64,000 bases of DNA from Owenia fusiformis (Eukaryota): positions 5,456,001-5,520,000 of the forward strand of contig CAIIXF020000001.1 of the NCBI GenBank assembly GCA_903813345.2, given 5' to 3'. Positions within the stretch are counted from its first letter, which is position 1, and the number at the start of each line of letters is the position of its first letter. The notes beneath the pieces are model-generated. The model saw only the letters and a list, made by a program, of their open reading frames with translations, did not search any database and was not told the DNA's origin. A program made the position numbers and the translations under genes. This document shows positions 36,264 through 47,668 of the stretch, in pieces.

Positions 36264-39200
36264 CTACCTTAAGTCTGGATTTTGTCTGTAGTGTAACACT
36301 TCTGTTACTTGACTCATAACACGCTCTAGATTCACAGCTTTTGGGCATCCAAGTCTATTACTGTCAACTTCCGAAAGCGTTCCAAAGAAGGATTCATTTT
36401 CTAAAGAGCTGAAAGCTCGTTGATTGTTAGTTCCGCCTCTTACCAGTTTATATAGCTGAAGGTGGCTATCAATTGACAAAAGAAACCCCTCGAACATCTG
36501 AATGGGGAATCCTTTGATGTATCCTGCAAGTATACCATTGAAACAGGTTTTTATTAGACATATTTTACATATTTAACAGTGGAAATGAATTTAAAAAATA
36601 TATGTTTTATCACCTGAAGGCGGGGGAAATGTGTCGAACTTCACATTCTTTAAAAGAAGTGTCCTCATCTGAATTTGTTTTTCAATTCTCTCCATTGCTG
36701 GCATTCCTCTTTCGTCTTGTGCCTCGTACCAATCCCTGACAGTGCGTGTAAAGTTAGCTTCCTCTATAAAACATCACATTACCCTTTTAATTCAGTAACA
36801 ATCTCTAAGAAGAGATCTGAATTTGGAAGTCCCCTCTCATAGAAAGTGTAATAAAGAACCTTTTAAAAAGTGATTAATTGTAACTAAAGACTTGGAAAAG
36901 ATTAAAATACATAGGCTTTCATACACTTTCCGGAAGAAGATGTACCAGTTGCCAAACCTATCAGCGTTGTGTCACCTTTAAAAGTTTTGTTCAACTGCCA
37001 ATGATTCAACAAGATAATAACAAATTTATATTTCCTTACCCAAAAAGCCAAGATCACGCATGGCACTTTCAACTTCTGGTGAAAAGGTTCTTACAGCATA
37101 AGAATTCCTCTGTTTATCAAGAAGATCCTCAACTAAACTTTTGCTAATAATGGATTGGTCTTTATTGGCAACAGAATGCCAAGCAGATTTGCTAACTCCT
37201 TAGCAAATCTGCTTGGCCATTTCATCAAGGCCTCTTAAGTCAGACTCTTAAGATCTTTGAGTTTCCTCTTAGGCTTGACAACATGTATTTCTGTTGAATC
37301 ACCTATTGTTTTGGCGAGGTAGTTCACTTTCTTTGCCTTTGTCCAGCCTTTAACTGTCGGCTTACTGCTCAATGCCTCAAGTATAATGTCTATCTCTTTC
37401 ACTGTCATGCTTTGTATTCGTATGGCGGAGTTAACACTCAAAAACGTTATTAGCTGGTGAGGAGTGTAATCTTTCCATTTCAATGGTTTTATATTGCTCA
37501 GTCTCGCCAGGATTCTGATATAATCCAACTCCTCTAATTCATTGATGTTGGCTAAGATGTCGACAGGTTCAACTTCATCAGATGATCGAATTTGGCTCGA
37601 CCTACAATATTGTTAGGAATATGAAACATTATTATACTCTTCAATGATTTGAGTAGGATTGTAATAACATATTATGTCAGGAGACAATGATAATAAAAAT
37701 TAACTGTTTCATTTAGTGTACCAATCTTTTGAAAACCTTAAAGGATAATTTAAGTCACCAACCTTCCACCAGTGTGTTGTTTTTCAAATGTTTGGTTCAG
37801 TTTTCTTCAATTCACCTTCTCAACTACTCCTTCCAGATTACCGTTTGTAAGCACACGTTCGGTCCACCTTTGAAATACGAAAGTGGTATTATTGATTTTT
37901 AAATTGTTGTTTATGTAATACGTAGGCCAAATGCCTCTGACATATAAAACCAATTAATTAGGCGCACATATAAATACAATACCAATACTCTAATATGTGG
38001 CACTTACAAAATTATGTTCAATTTTACATTATTTTGTCTTTGTGTGAAAATATAATGACAGAACTGACATGACATGACAGATAATAGAAGTCCATTGTAA
38101 ATTAATTTTGAAAGTGAATTTTTTTAAAATTCTAAAAAGAAAACAAAAGTTGCCTAAATTAGATGAATGCTCTGGTGTTTAAAATGTTATACATGTATAT
38201 AGAAGGACAAAGGAAAGTAGAAGTTTAAGAAAGATTAAGTAAATGGCATGAGATTGAAGAAGTCCATTGTAAATTAATTTTGAAAGTGATTTTTTTTAAT
38301 TCTAAAAAGAAAACAAAAGTTGCCTAAAGTAGATGAATGCTCTGGTGTTTAAAATGTTATATATAGAAGGACAAAGGAAAATAGAAGTTTAAGAAAGATT
38401 AAGTAAATGGCATGGATAAATTAAAATATCAATAAAACAATATCAAACAACCTGTTCATTATAAAATACAAAAAATCCTACATACCGATTATTTGCATTT
38501 TACTTTGTGAAGATAGCTCAGTTATTACTCCAACTATATCTTCTTTTTTCATCTTTTGGCTTTTACTCCAAACAAACTTCTGCAGTTGTAGCTTTGTCAA
38601 TGGATTGCCATTTGCACTTGTATTAAATACGGGTAACCACTGTCCATCTGATGCCAATCCTGGTACCAATATTTTTCGTTTGTCACAACTATTGAGAATG
38701 TCGTCAATCATCTCTCTCATAATCTTGCAACTCAGACTATAGCCCTTCAAATACATTGAAACGAGCATGAAAAAGAAGTAACACGTCCATGTCCTTGAAT
38801 CTTCATTTGAAGTCTTCAAGGACTCGAATTGAGATATCATTTTATCAATTTTCTAATCAAAACATCAAAACCAAATGATTGGTTATTAAATGTAAGGATG
38901 ATCGCGAGTGTCTAAAAGAGTTTAAACATTACAAAACCAAACAGCACAAGACAAAAAATAGTGTATAATCAGTCATAAGGATAAGAAAATCACATTTCCC
39001 TTAACAAAATTCTAACTAACAAAATATGCATTATATCTCCTAGTTGGAAAAAAAACAAATCAAAATTTTACCTTCATGCAATACGCAATTGGTATTGAGT
39101 GTGGACACTCTTTTTTGTAGTGTCGGTTAGTATTTTGAAGGAGCCAAACAACGACCTCTGCTGCTTTTTTCCGACTTATTGAGTACATTTCGTAAACACA

Positions 39201-42200
39201 CTCCTTTGCCTTTACCAGCGAATCTTCAATAGCACTCGGCTGAGACAGTTCATCTGATTGCGCGGCAAACAGAAAAGGAGACTCGGCTGAAGTTTGGAGC
39301 TGCTCAATTAATTCATTGGCATTTTGTCTTGATGGAAACTCTCCAAGAAACTCGACATTGCTGCTGATAAATAATTTCAGTTTATCAGCTAACTCTTTGG
39401 TGAATGGTGGGCTGTGTATGGGCTTCTTAGTCTCAACTGTACAATAGAGAGCTGTAGAATGCATGACCAACTCGTCCCACAATGTCGCATCAAATGTCAC
39501 CTGAAAATGCCATTGATTATGTGTCAACTCCAATTGTTCCCTGAATGAATGAAGTAAAATAATCATACTTTAGTATATGATTCGAGCAATATTTTAGGAT
39601 GACAATATGGAGAGAATGCAAAAATTATTAAGCTCACTAGCTACCATTTGCATTGCGATAGTGTGATTTTGCTTTTTGAAAGATAGCCTCTGCATTCTAG
39701 GGTACTCACCAGCAATACAGTTGTACTTTCTTCAGTATAACATACAAGAAGAAGTTCCATTGCATCCAAAACATACATCTCGGCTAATACTTGACACACA
39801 TGATAATCTGGCAGGGTATAGTAGAGTGGCACTCTGTTGTAATTTCCACTTTGAACAGGGGCTGGGCATTTGATCTCAACGGCTAGGTTTGCTGGTAGAG
39901 ATGTCAACGTGTTCATACCACTGGGTATATCTACTTTTGATCTAACACTGCCATCTGGTGAAACTAGAATAAATGGACGCATTTCACTCCCCTCACCGTC
40001 ATCTGAAAACAGTTACATTAACAATAACAATAACTCATATAGAAAAAAAAAAAAAAACATACACACAAAATATCAAAAGACTTACATGAATACTACAATG
40101 GAGTAGACATGCCATGGTGTGTTAAAATTCCAACAGTTATTTACTGTAGAAAAACTTACCTTCATAATTTACAGCGTAAAAGCCTTCTTCAACAAACACG
40201 ATTGAAGGGTACAAGAAAGGTGGAACGACTCCTGATAATGTAGCTACTGCGTTAACTTCATTTATAGTTCCGTGCTGCATTCTCTGCCTTTCTTCCGCAG
40301 TAAAAATCCTTTCCTGTCCGAGAACCGCGCTGTTGAAATGTTGTTTCATTGCTTTCAGAGATCTGAGACCAAGGGCATTGTGCATTGTCGAACCAGTGAC
40401 TTTGAATTCTTTCCTTGCGTTGTACCATGCAGGCATTCTCTGTTGAATAAACCGCGGTATTGTTTCAAATTCATCTGGTAACATATCTTGTGATTTAAGA
40501 GTTACCCAGTTACCTTGTGCAGATCGTTTTACCTCTGGATTTTTGACGAAATCCTTGGACTTCCACAGTGAGCTATTTCTCCGACAGCATCGAGACTTTT
40601 TCTGATAACTTCAGTTGTTCTATGAATTAGGGTTCTGGCCGAATCCATTGCATATGCATACTTTCCAGTTCCACCACTTTCTTTCTCTTTTAATTCGTAT
40701 TGACATAATGCATATTCTTGCTTGGCTTTCGTATTTCGCATATCATGGATCCGTTTTCCTAACATTCGCACAACTTGTTGCATTTCGACTAGTTGAGTTA
40801 TTTCCGATGCTTTGATACTGTCCTACAAAATTCATATTGTTTTTCATTTATGATTAAAAAAAACAAAAGAAATAAAAATTGGGAGATCATTTATGAAGGA
40901 CTCCCTGTTTAGTTATTGACTTGCCATGTAATCTTGTAGATTTAAATGTCCTCTTTTGAATATTCGTAGTTTAATTTGGGTAATATTTCTATATTTTTCA
41001 TGAAAGAAATTATTAGCCCAGGAGACTGTTCTCCAAACCGAGAATCGTCCTTTGGGGTAGGTTCTTTAAATGGCCAGCAAATGGGCCATACACAAGCTAC
41101 AGTGATAAAACTTTGTCAACTTAGAGAACATTGAATCATCTTTAATTATCTCAAACAAGATGTGTCATACTCTATTTATTAAAAAGATATGCAATGTTAG
41201 GTGGGTTTCATTTTTTTTGAAACGCCCTGTACTTTGGTATTTAGGTTATTCAAAGTTAATTATGTTCAACATTCTGGAAGGAATTCACATCTTATATACC
41301 ACCTTTAAGTATTTGATGTCTATATAAATTCTTTAATAATTATTCCATTTGATAGCAATATATAAATACAATAATACATGTATAGTTAACAGAGCTATGT
41401 CAGTAAACAGAGCTATGTCAGTAACCCATGTATGTACATTTTGTTGGGAGTGAACATGTGAACTGCAATTCATATATTGAAAAAATTACAAAAATGCTTT
41501 ATTTTCTCACTAGAATGCGGGTACGTTACGTGTATAACACTATACAAGTCTTTTTCAAGAATTATATTCCATCGAACTCGTGAAATCGCGAAATATTTTG
41601 ATGCAAAATAACATTGTAAAATGTTACTGCATGGCCATGCAATACTTACAATTAACTTTTGAATCCTAGCTGTTTCATCATCAGCACAGGCTTTAGCATT
41701 AGCTGCAGTTTCTCCTTCCTCGTGTCCAAATAGATCGACCTCGCCACCTTTTTTGTTAAGACCTTGGGCTAACTTTTTCCCATCGAAGCTTAGTATATGT
41801 GATCCTTCAGAATTCTCAAAATTCTCTAGAGTTTGTTCTATTATCCCACACGGAATACTTTTGGGGAATTTAACAGTATTGAAATCTCTGATTATTTTCA
41901 TAGTTGGAGCGGCAAACCCATTTGACTTGTCCCCGCCCAGGAAAAGGACGAATTTTTCCTTGAAAAGGCGATAACCTATTTTCCAGAAGGTTAGAGTATC
42001 TGAATAGTATGTCATTCTTCGTTTGTCTGAAATCCTGTGCCATTTTACTGTTTCCAAAAATAATCTGAAAGATAGGTTGTCCATAGGGAAGGAATCGTCT
42101 TCAAGCAAACTAAATAGAGTGACAAATTCATTGAAGGAGTCCTGTTTGCTAAATTTCTGAACAAGGTTGTCAATTGTTCCCGCTATTTTCTCAGCCACTC

Positions 42201-42459
42201 GTTTGAGCTTTGGACTTGATAACTTTGATACAAAACTTTTATTTGTTTTTACAAATAATTTTCTGCTCGTAGATTTATTTTTTGGGGTGCCCCATTTCTT
42301 TTTTTTCAAAGGAGCGCTTACTGCTTCTATATAGCCTTCTCTTTGATGGCTATTACCCTCATCTTCAGTTTTAAACCCAGATTCTGTGTCTAGCTTCAGT
42401 TTCTTTCTTTTAGTTTTACACCAACGTGATTTAACAGCTTTCCTTTTTCTACTGTCCAT
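36264..42459 (-). pseudogene. Multi-exon P-element/THAP9-like DDE transposase with an inserted YqaJ exonuclease domain; disabled
   Basis: GT-AG exons 42459-41650, 40822-40160, 40002-39710, 39500-39072, 38744-~38486, 37601-37040, 36763-36614, 36523-~36268, mostly phase-consistent. Motifs LSFDGKK, LASDGQW, DKQR..A..FS..V, SSLENESFFG; YqaJ QR..WYNAR..VTGS, M.HG..NE, SPDG, EIKCP, CQVLAEM. Frameshift ~40560, stop at 37235, frame break ~37205. Confidence 0.7.
38086..38415 (+). repeat. Direct tandem duplication (~172 bp x2) in a transposase intron
   Basis: AGAAGTCCATTGTAAATTAATTTTGAAAGTGA.. at ~38086 and ~38258. Confidence 0.85.
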
Positions 42460-42749
42460 CGTAATTATCTGCCGTAAAATCAAAAATGTATCAATACAAA
42501 ATTTCACTGGCTGCATATTGCATACTGTTTCAATAAAGTTGTACTTAACATAGGGTTCATGTAAACTGCAACCAGACTGCTATTGTTGCTATAATTAATT
42601 GGCTATATAATAACAAGTTGTAACCAATAAGAGCCACAGTTACTCGGAGCCTGATTGCAGTTTGCACACTTCGTTTAACATATGTCAGCAGATGAACTGG
42701 AATCAATATTCAATGTACGTACAGTACACCTACTAATAAGGTGTGGATA

Positions 42750-45293
42750 GGTGGTCCAAAATATGGCGAAAAACCAACTTTCTTTCGGATCATCTTCCTC
42801 ATTTGACTTACTGTTGTCCATGACCTAAAACACCTGCACACCAAATTTTGAGACCCAAATCCCATGGAAAATTTACCCACGCTTCGACTGAAAAATTCGG
42901 TTATTTCATGATTTTTTGCTATTTTCGATAAATTGCCATCTCCTTTTTCTTGGTATAAAATGTTTCTATTTTTCATAATAAACATTTTTGTAGGACTCTT
43001 TATTACTTAATAATACTAGGAGCCCAAACACCAAATTTTGAGACCCAAATCCCATGTGAAATTTACCCATGCTTTGACTGAAAAATTGTGATTTTCACAG
43101 TTTTGTCCGATTTTCAATAGATTACTGTCTCCATTTTCCTGGTATAATATGTTTCTATTTTTTCATAATAAATATTTTTGGATGACTCTTTATTACTTCA
43201 TAATACTAGGAACCCATACACCAAATTTTGAGACCCAAATCCCATGGGAAATTTACCCATGGTTTGACTGAAAAATTGTGATTTTCACATTTTTCCGATT
43301 TTCAATAAATTGCTGTCTCCATTTTCCTGGTACGATATGTTTTATAATTAACATTTTTGAGGACTCTTTATTACTTCATAATACTAAACACCCATACACC
43401 AAATATCCACCAAATTTTGAGACCCAAATCCAATGAGAACGTTACCCATGCTTTGACTGAAAACTGGTGCTTATGATAGCTTATGATGTCTGTTTTAGGG
43501 GCATAATATGTTAATAAACATTATGGTAATTCCTTCTTAATCCAAAGAAACACCTAAATATCAAGACTTTAAGTCTTATTGAAAGGCGACAAATTCAGTA
43601 GTTTGGGGAAAATTTAGGATCTTTTACTTGTACATTTATATACTGTGGTTAATATTAAGAAGTGATGACTCGACAGCAACTCAAATGCCTTGAAGATTTG
43701 GTCTGTTGGTTTCAGTAGGGATGCATCACAGGACTTTGTTTGGATTTGTGTGAGATGTCATATTCTTTCTCACATCTTTGCAGGGTTAGGTCAAATATCA
43801 AATCTGATTTTCTTTGGAGAAATGATTTTTTGATTGATCAATGTATCAATGGCATGGTCTCTGTTGTAACCAGTAAGCCTGTACCAAATCTTCAAGGGAT
43901 TCGAGCTTCCACTGAGCTTTGTCATTTCTCTGAAAATGTTCATGTCCTGAAAGTACACAATGTAGAAGATAGGAAGAGCAATGAGAAACACTTAAGGTAA
44001 TTCTGTATGTTCAGAAATTTTAAGTGGAGTCCAATGTTATTTCTGGAACTCATTCCATACTTGGTCAGCTCTTTCAATTTTACACTGAGTTCAAATATGT
44101 ATTTAGATTATTAGTTGATGGTTAGTAATTTTCTATAATGTACTATGTGCTATGTTTATACACTGTTTGTGCATCTGAATGGAATGAGTTATGTGTTCCT
44201 GAAAAAACACGGGGCTCCAATTAGGAAGCCATTAAAACTGAAAATAAGGAATGACCTTAAAGTACTATATAACCATCTTTCACGATGTAACGTATGTAAG
44301 GCCAAACAGGATAATTAAGACAACGTGTAATACAATTTATTACAAATTGCACATCACACAACAAAGATATGGTGCTCTTAACGACACAAATCAAAAGTAT
44401 ATGATCAAAGCAAACGTGAATTTCCCATGGGGTTGAGGTCTAAACATTTGGTACATATTAAATGTATGGGTTCCTAGTATTAAGAACGTATTAATGTCCT
44501 CCTAAAATGTTTAAAAACTAAATATAAGATTAATGTTGATCTATTGAAAATTGGAGAAAATTTGCAGAAAATCACAAATTTTGGTTGAAGCATGAATTAA
44601 TTTCTCATGGGGCCAGGGTCTCAAAATTTGGTGCATATTTGGGGTATGGGTTCCTCGTATTATGAAGTAATAAAGAGTCCTCCCAAAATATTTATTATAA
44701 AAAATAGAAACATATAATACAAGGAAAATAGAGATGTATTGTATTGTATATGAAATAACCCAATTTTTCAGTCGAAGCGTGGGTAAATTTCCCATGGGAT
44801 TTGGGTCTCAAAATTTGATGTATGGGTTCCTAAGTATTATGAAGTAATAAAGAGTCATCCAAAAATATTTATTATGAAAAGACATCTACCATTTTATACC
44901 AGGAACATGGAGATGGCAATTTATCGAAAATAGCAAAAAATCATGAAATAACCGAATTTTTCAGTCGAAGCGTGGGTAAATTTCCCATGGGATTTGGGTC
45001 TCAACATTTGGTGTATGGGTTCCTAGTATTATGAAGTAATAAAGAGTCCTACAAAAATGTTTATTATGAAAAAATAGAAACATATTATACCAGGAAAAGG
45101 GAGATGACAATTTATCGAAAATAGCAAAAAATCATGAAATAACCGAATTTTTCAGTCGAAGCGTGGGTAAATTTCCCATGTGATTTGGGTCTTAAAATTT
45201 GGTGTGCAGGTGTTTTAGGTCATGGACAACAGTAAGTGAAATGAGGAAGATGATCTGAAACAAAGTTGGTTTTTCGCCATATTTTGGACCACC
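42750..45293. mobile_element. Foldback-type element: long inverted arms built of ~190-bp tandem units
   Basis: GGTGGTCCAAAATATGGCGAAAAACCAAC at 42750 mirrors 45265-45293; CACCAAATTTTGAGACCCAAATCCCATG recurs every 190 bp; ~950-bp unique centre; no clear TSD. Confidence 0.8.
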
Positions 45294-46486
45294 CTTACTG
45301 TGGAACTGTTACAAAGAAACAGTGGAGCTTCGTGTCAAATTGTGTTGATCGTCAAATGGGATGGAATATTATATGAACGAACAAAAGGATATTATCTTTA
45401 ACATTCATGGCACAATTCCAATTATATGTGGTAGCTGGGGGAACTAATACAAACACGAGTTTTACCAAAACAACTGGCCACGAGAGATTTTCGAATGATA
45501 ATTCCCGACTGTGCGCCCGTTTATGAAGAAACTTGAGGTAAGCTGGCGTGGGACATGGGTGAAAATGGTAGATAAATATGTGATTCAACTTATTAGACCA
45601 TAAACAGATCGGATAATTATTGTGAATTTCGATTTAGATGCAGTTCTATGACCTACCTGTCCGTGATTTCTACTCGAAGGCGCGGTAACCTCTACGGAAA
45701 ACGGCGGTATGAACGGGAAGGGGCGAATTTTCGCTCATTTTTAGATCTTTCTGAAGTATAGCTTTATTATACTCAAATGAAAGGCAATTAAGAGTAGATT
45801 GCAAATATTGTATCTTTTTTCTGATTCGAGCCTCGTAAAATTCAAAATGGCCGTCTAATGTACGATTTCGCAATAACTTTTCGATCCCTTCAACGTATGG
45901 CTATATAATACTAAAATTGAAGGAATTTTGGAGTAGATCACAATACACTGTATTATTTTTCAGATTTGTACCTCAGAAAATTCAAAATGGCTGCTTTGCA
46001 GGAATTTGCAATTCTAAAATCTAAATTTTTCAATTTTAACCAAAGTAATGAGTATAATTGATTGGAATTCGGTAATTGATATTTTGTTCGTTGGGATTTG
46101 CTACTCCGCGGAGTTGCCATTATCTAGTTTTCCTTGTTAGGGCATGGTCTACATTGCCTAACAACATTGGTGTATATAGACGTAACCTACATACGAGCAT
46201 ACAAAGCCAATTAAGCATAGGAAACCACCTCATATGTTCTACTCAAGGCATAATAATGTATTTTGTATTTGAATTTGCGGTTAAGCAAAAAATTGATGGA
46301 CAGTTACACGAACCTCATTCATATATGAAACCCTGATTCATTTCACATCGCTTGTGATCCAAAATTGAAATGTTGCTAGATATTTTTCAACCAGATTTGA
46401 GTTTTGTAAGCCATTATGTAGGATGAAATCATTCTCTCAAAATAGTGACATAAACAGCTGAATATGATTTGTTTTTGTAATTTTAG

Positions 46487-46900
46487 TTCCAGTGCGACGT
46501 GTGCCTGAAGTCATACACAACAAAAAACGGATTGAAATTGCATAAATTGCAAACTCATTTAGGACAGCCAAAGTTTGTATGTGAAATTTGTGACAAAGGA
46601 TTTTCTAGGAAAATAGATGTAGAAAGACATGCACATGTACACAGTGGGGAAAAGCCACATAAATGTCAACAATGCAACAAAGCATTTGCTACCACTGGGA
46701 GTCGAACACGCCATTTGGAAGTTTGTAAAAAGTCGCCAAAAAATTTTTCATGTGAATTCTGTGGCAAAAAATTTAAGGCAAAGCGATATTTGAAAGAACA
46801 TGTGATTTTCCACATGGATCCTCAGAAATACATCTGTCCAAACTGCGGTGAAAAGTTTAACTTTCGGCAGACTTTATATGCACATTTGAAGAAACATTAA
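46487..46900 (+). CDS. ZNF-2: terminal 5-finger exon of the host gene
   Basis: ttttag|TTC CAG TGC phase-0 acceptor with no ATG of its own; joined to exon C gives KSKRK-FQCDVC; HSGEKP linker; AATAAA at ~46969. Confidence 0.85.
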   Translation, partial: FQCDVCLKSYTTKNGLKLHKLQTHLGQPKFVCEICDKGFSRKIDVERHAHVHSGEKPHKCQQCNKAFATTGSRTRHLEVCKKSPKNFSCEFCGKKFKAKRYLKEHVIFHMDPQKYICPNCGEKFNFRQTLYAHLKKH

Positions 46901-47162
46901 CATCAACCTGACATTTTTCTCATCATATTGTACATGTATTATATCAAATGACATGATACATTTATGGAAATAAAGAATTTTTATAACATTTTAATCACAT
47001 CTTTTACTTTCTTCTTTAATATACATTCTTTTAAGTATAGAAATGCCCATTCATGAGACAAGTCTGCGTCTTAGTGACAGTGAATTCTAAAGCAATTTAA
47101 TTTTTGCACGTTTCTCAGGTAAGATTTTTGAAAAACTGCCTGATTGGTAGGGACCCTCTGGT

Positions 47163-47668
47163 GGGCTTTGTATAAAAAACCTCATACCCACCTACCCACG
47201 TACGTTGGACATGATACAGTCTTTGAAGGGTTCAATTTTAAAGATCTTTATTAAATCTTAGTTTATTAAATCTTAGTTTATGATGAATTATAGATGCATT
47301 TGTAACGACCCTTGTGGCAAGTTGCTCCTACATCCCAGCTGGGTTCGATTCCCACTCGGGGTATCGAATTTAGCACACTTTCTTTCAATTTCTTTATCTG
47401 GTTTGTTGGACCTATGCTCGCGGTCGTTAGTTATGTATTCCCCTGGGGCGCCCTCGGGTCATTGCACATTAAAAGGCATCCATATGCCTTTGTTCATGGA
47501 TCTGTCATCTGTCTAGTCATAAATTAAAGCCGGAATTCTAGAAATGTTAATAATTTGAGATATTTTGAGATTTCATAATCTTTAAAATTGAACCCTTCAA
47601 TGACTGTATCATGTCCCACGTAGGTGGGTAGGTGGGTGTGAGGTAGGAGTTTTTTTATACAAAGCCCC
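47163..47668. mobile_element. Inverted-repeat element containing a SINE-like insert
   Basis: 47163-47245 mirrors 47578-47668; B-box GGTTCGATTCCC at ~47342. Confidence 0.5.

Larger units (their letters stand above)
18282..46127 (+). mobile_element. HINE family 2 copy in three pieces (18282-18790, 31156-31430, 45726-46127), split by two large insertions
   Basis: 5' subTIR ATCCCAACGAA (18288-18298) plus microsatellite; two ~465-bp tandem units; 3' subTIR TTCGTTGGGAT (46087-46097), hairpin GCTACTCCGCGGAGTTGC, then CTAG|TTTT. Confidence 0.7.

Noticed and set aside
39641-40484. Phage or bacterial contamination suggested by the YqaJ domain
   Set aside because: The domain is split by canonical spliceosomal introns and embedded in a eukaryotic transposase-like gene
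31431-45725. TIRs or TSD defining the 14.3-kb block or the P-like element as a cut-and-paste unit
   Set aside because: The two ends are not reverse complements and the target shows a deletion rather than a duplication
47300-47365. tRNA gene
   Set aside because: Only a B-box/T-arm is evident and no full cloverleaf; more likely a SINE head
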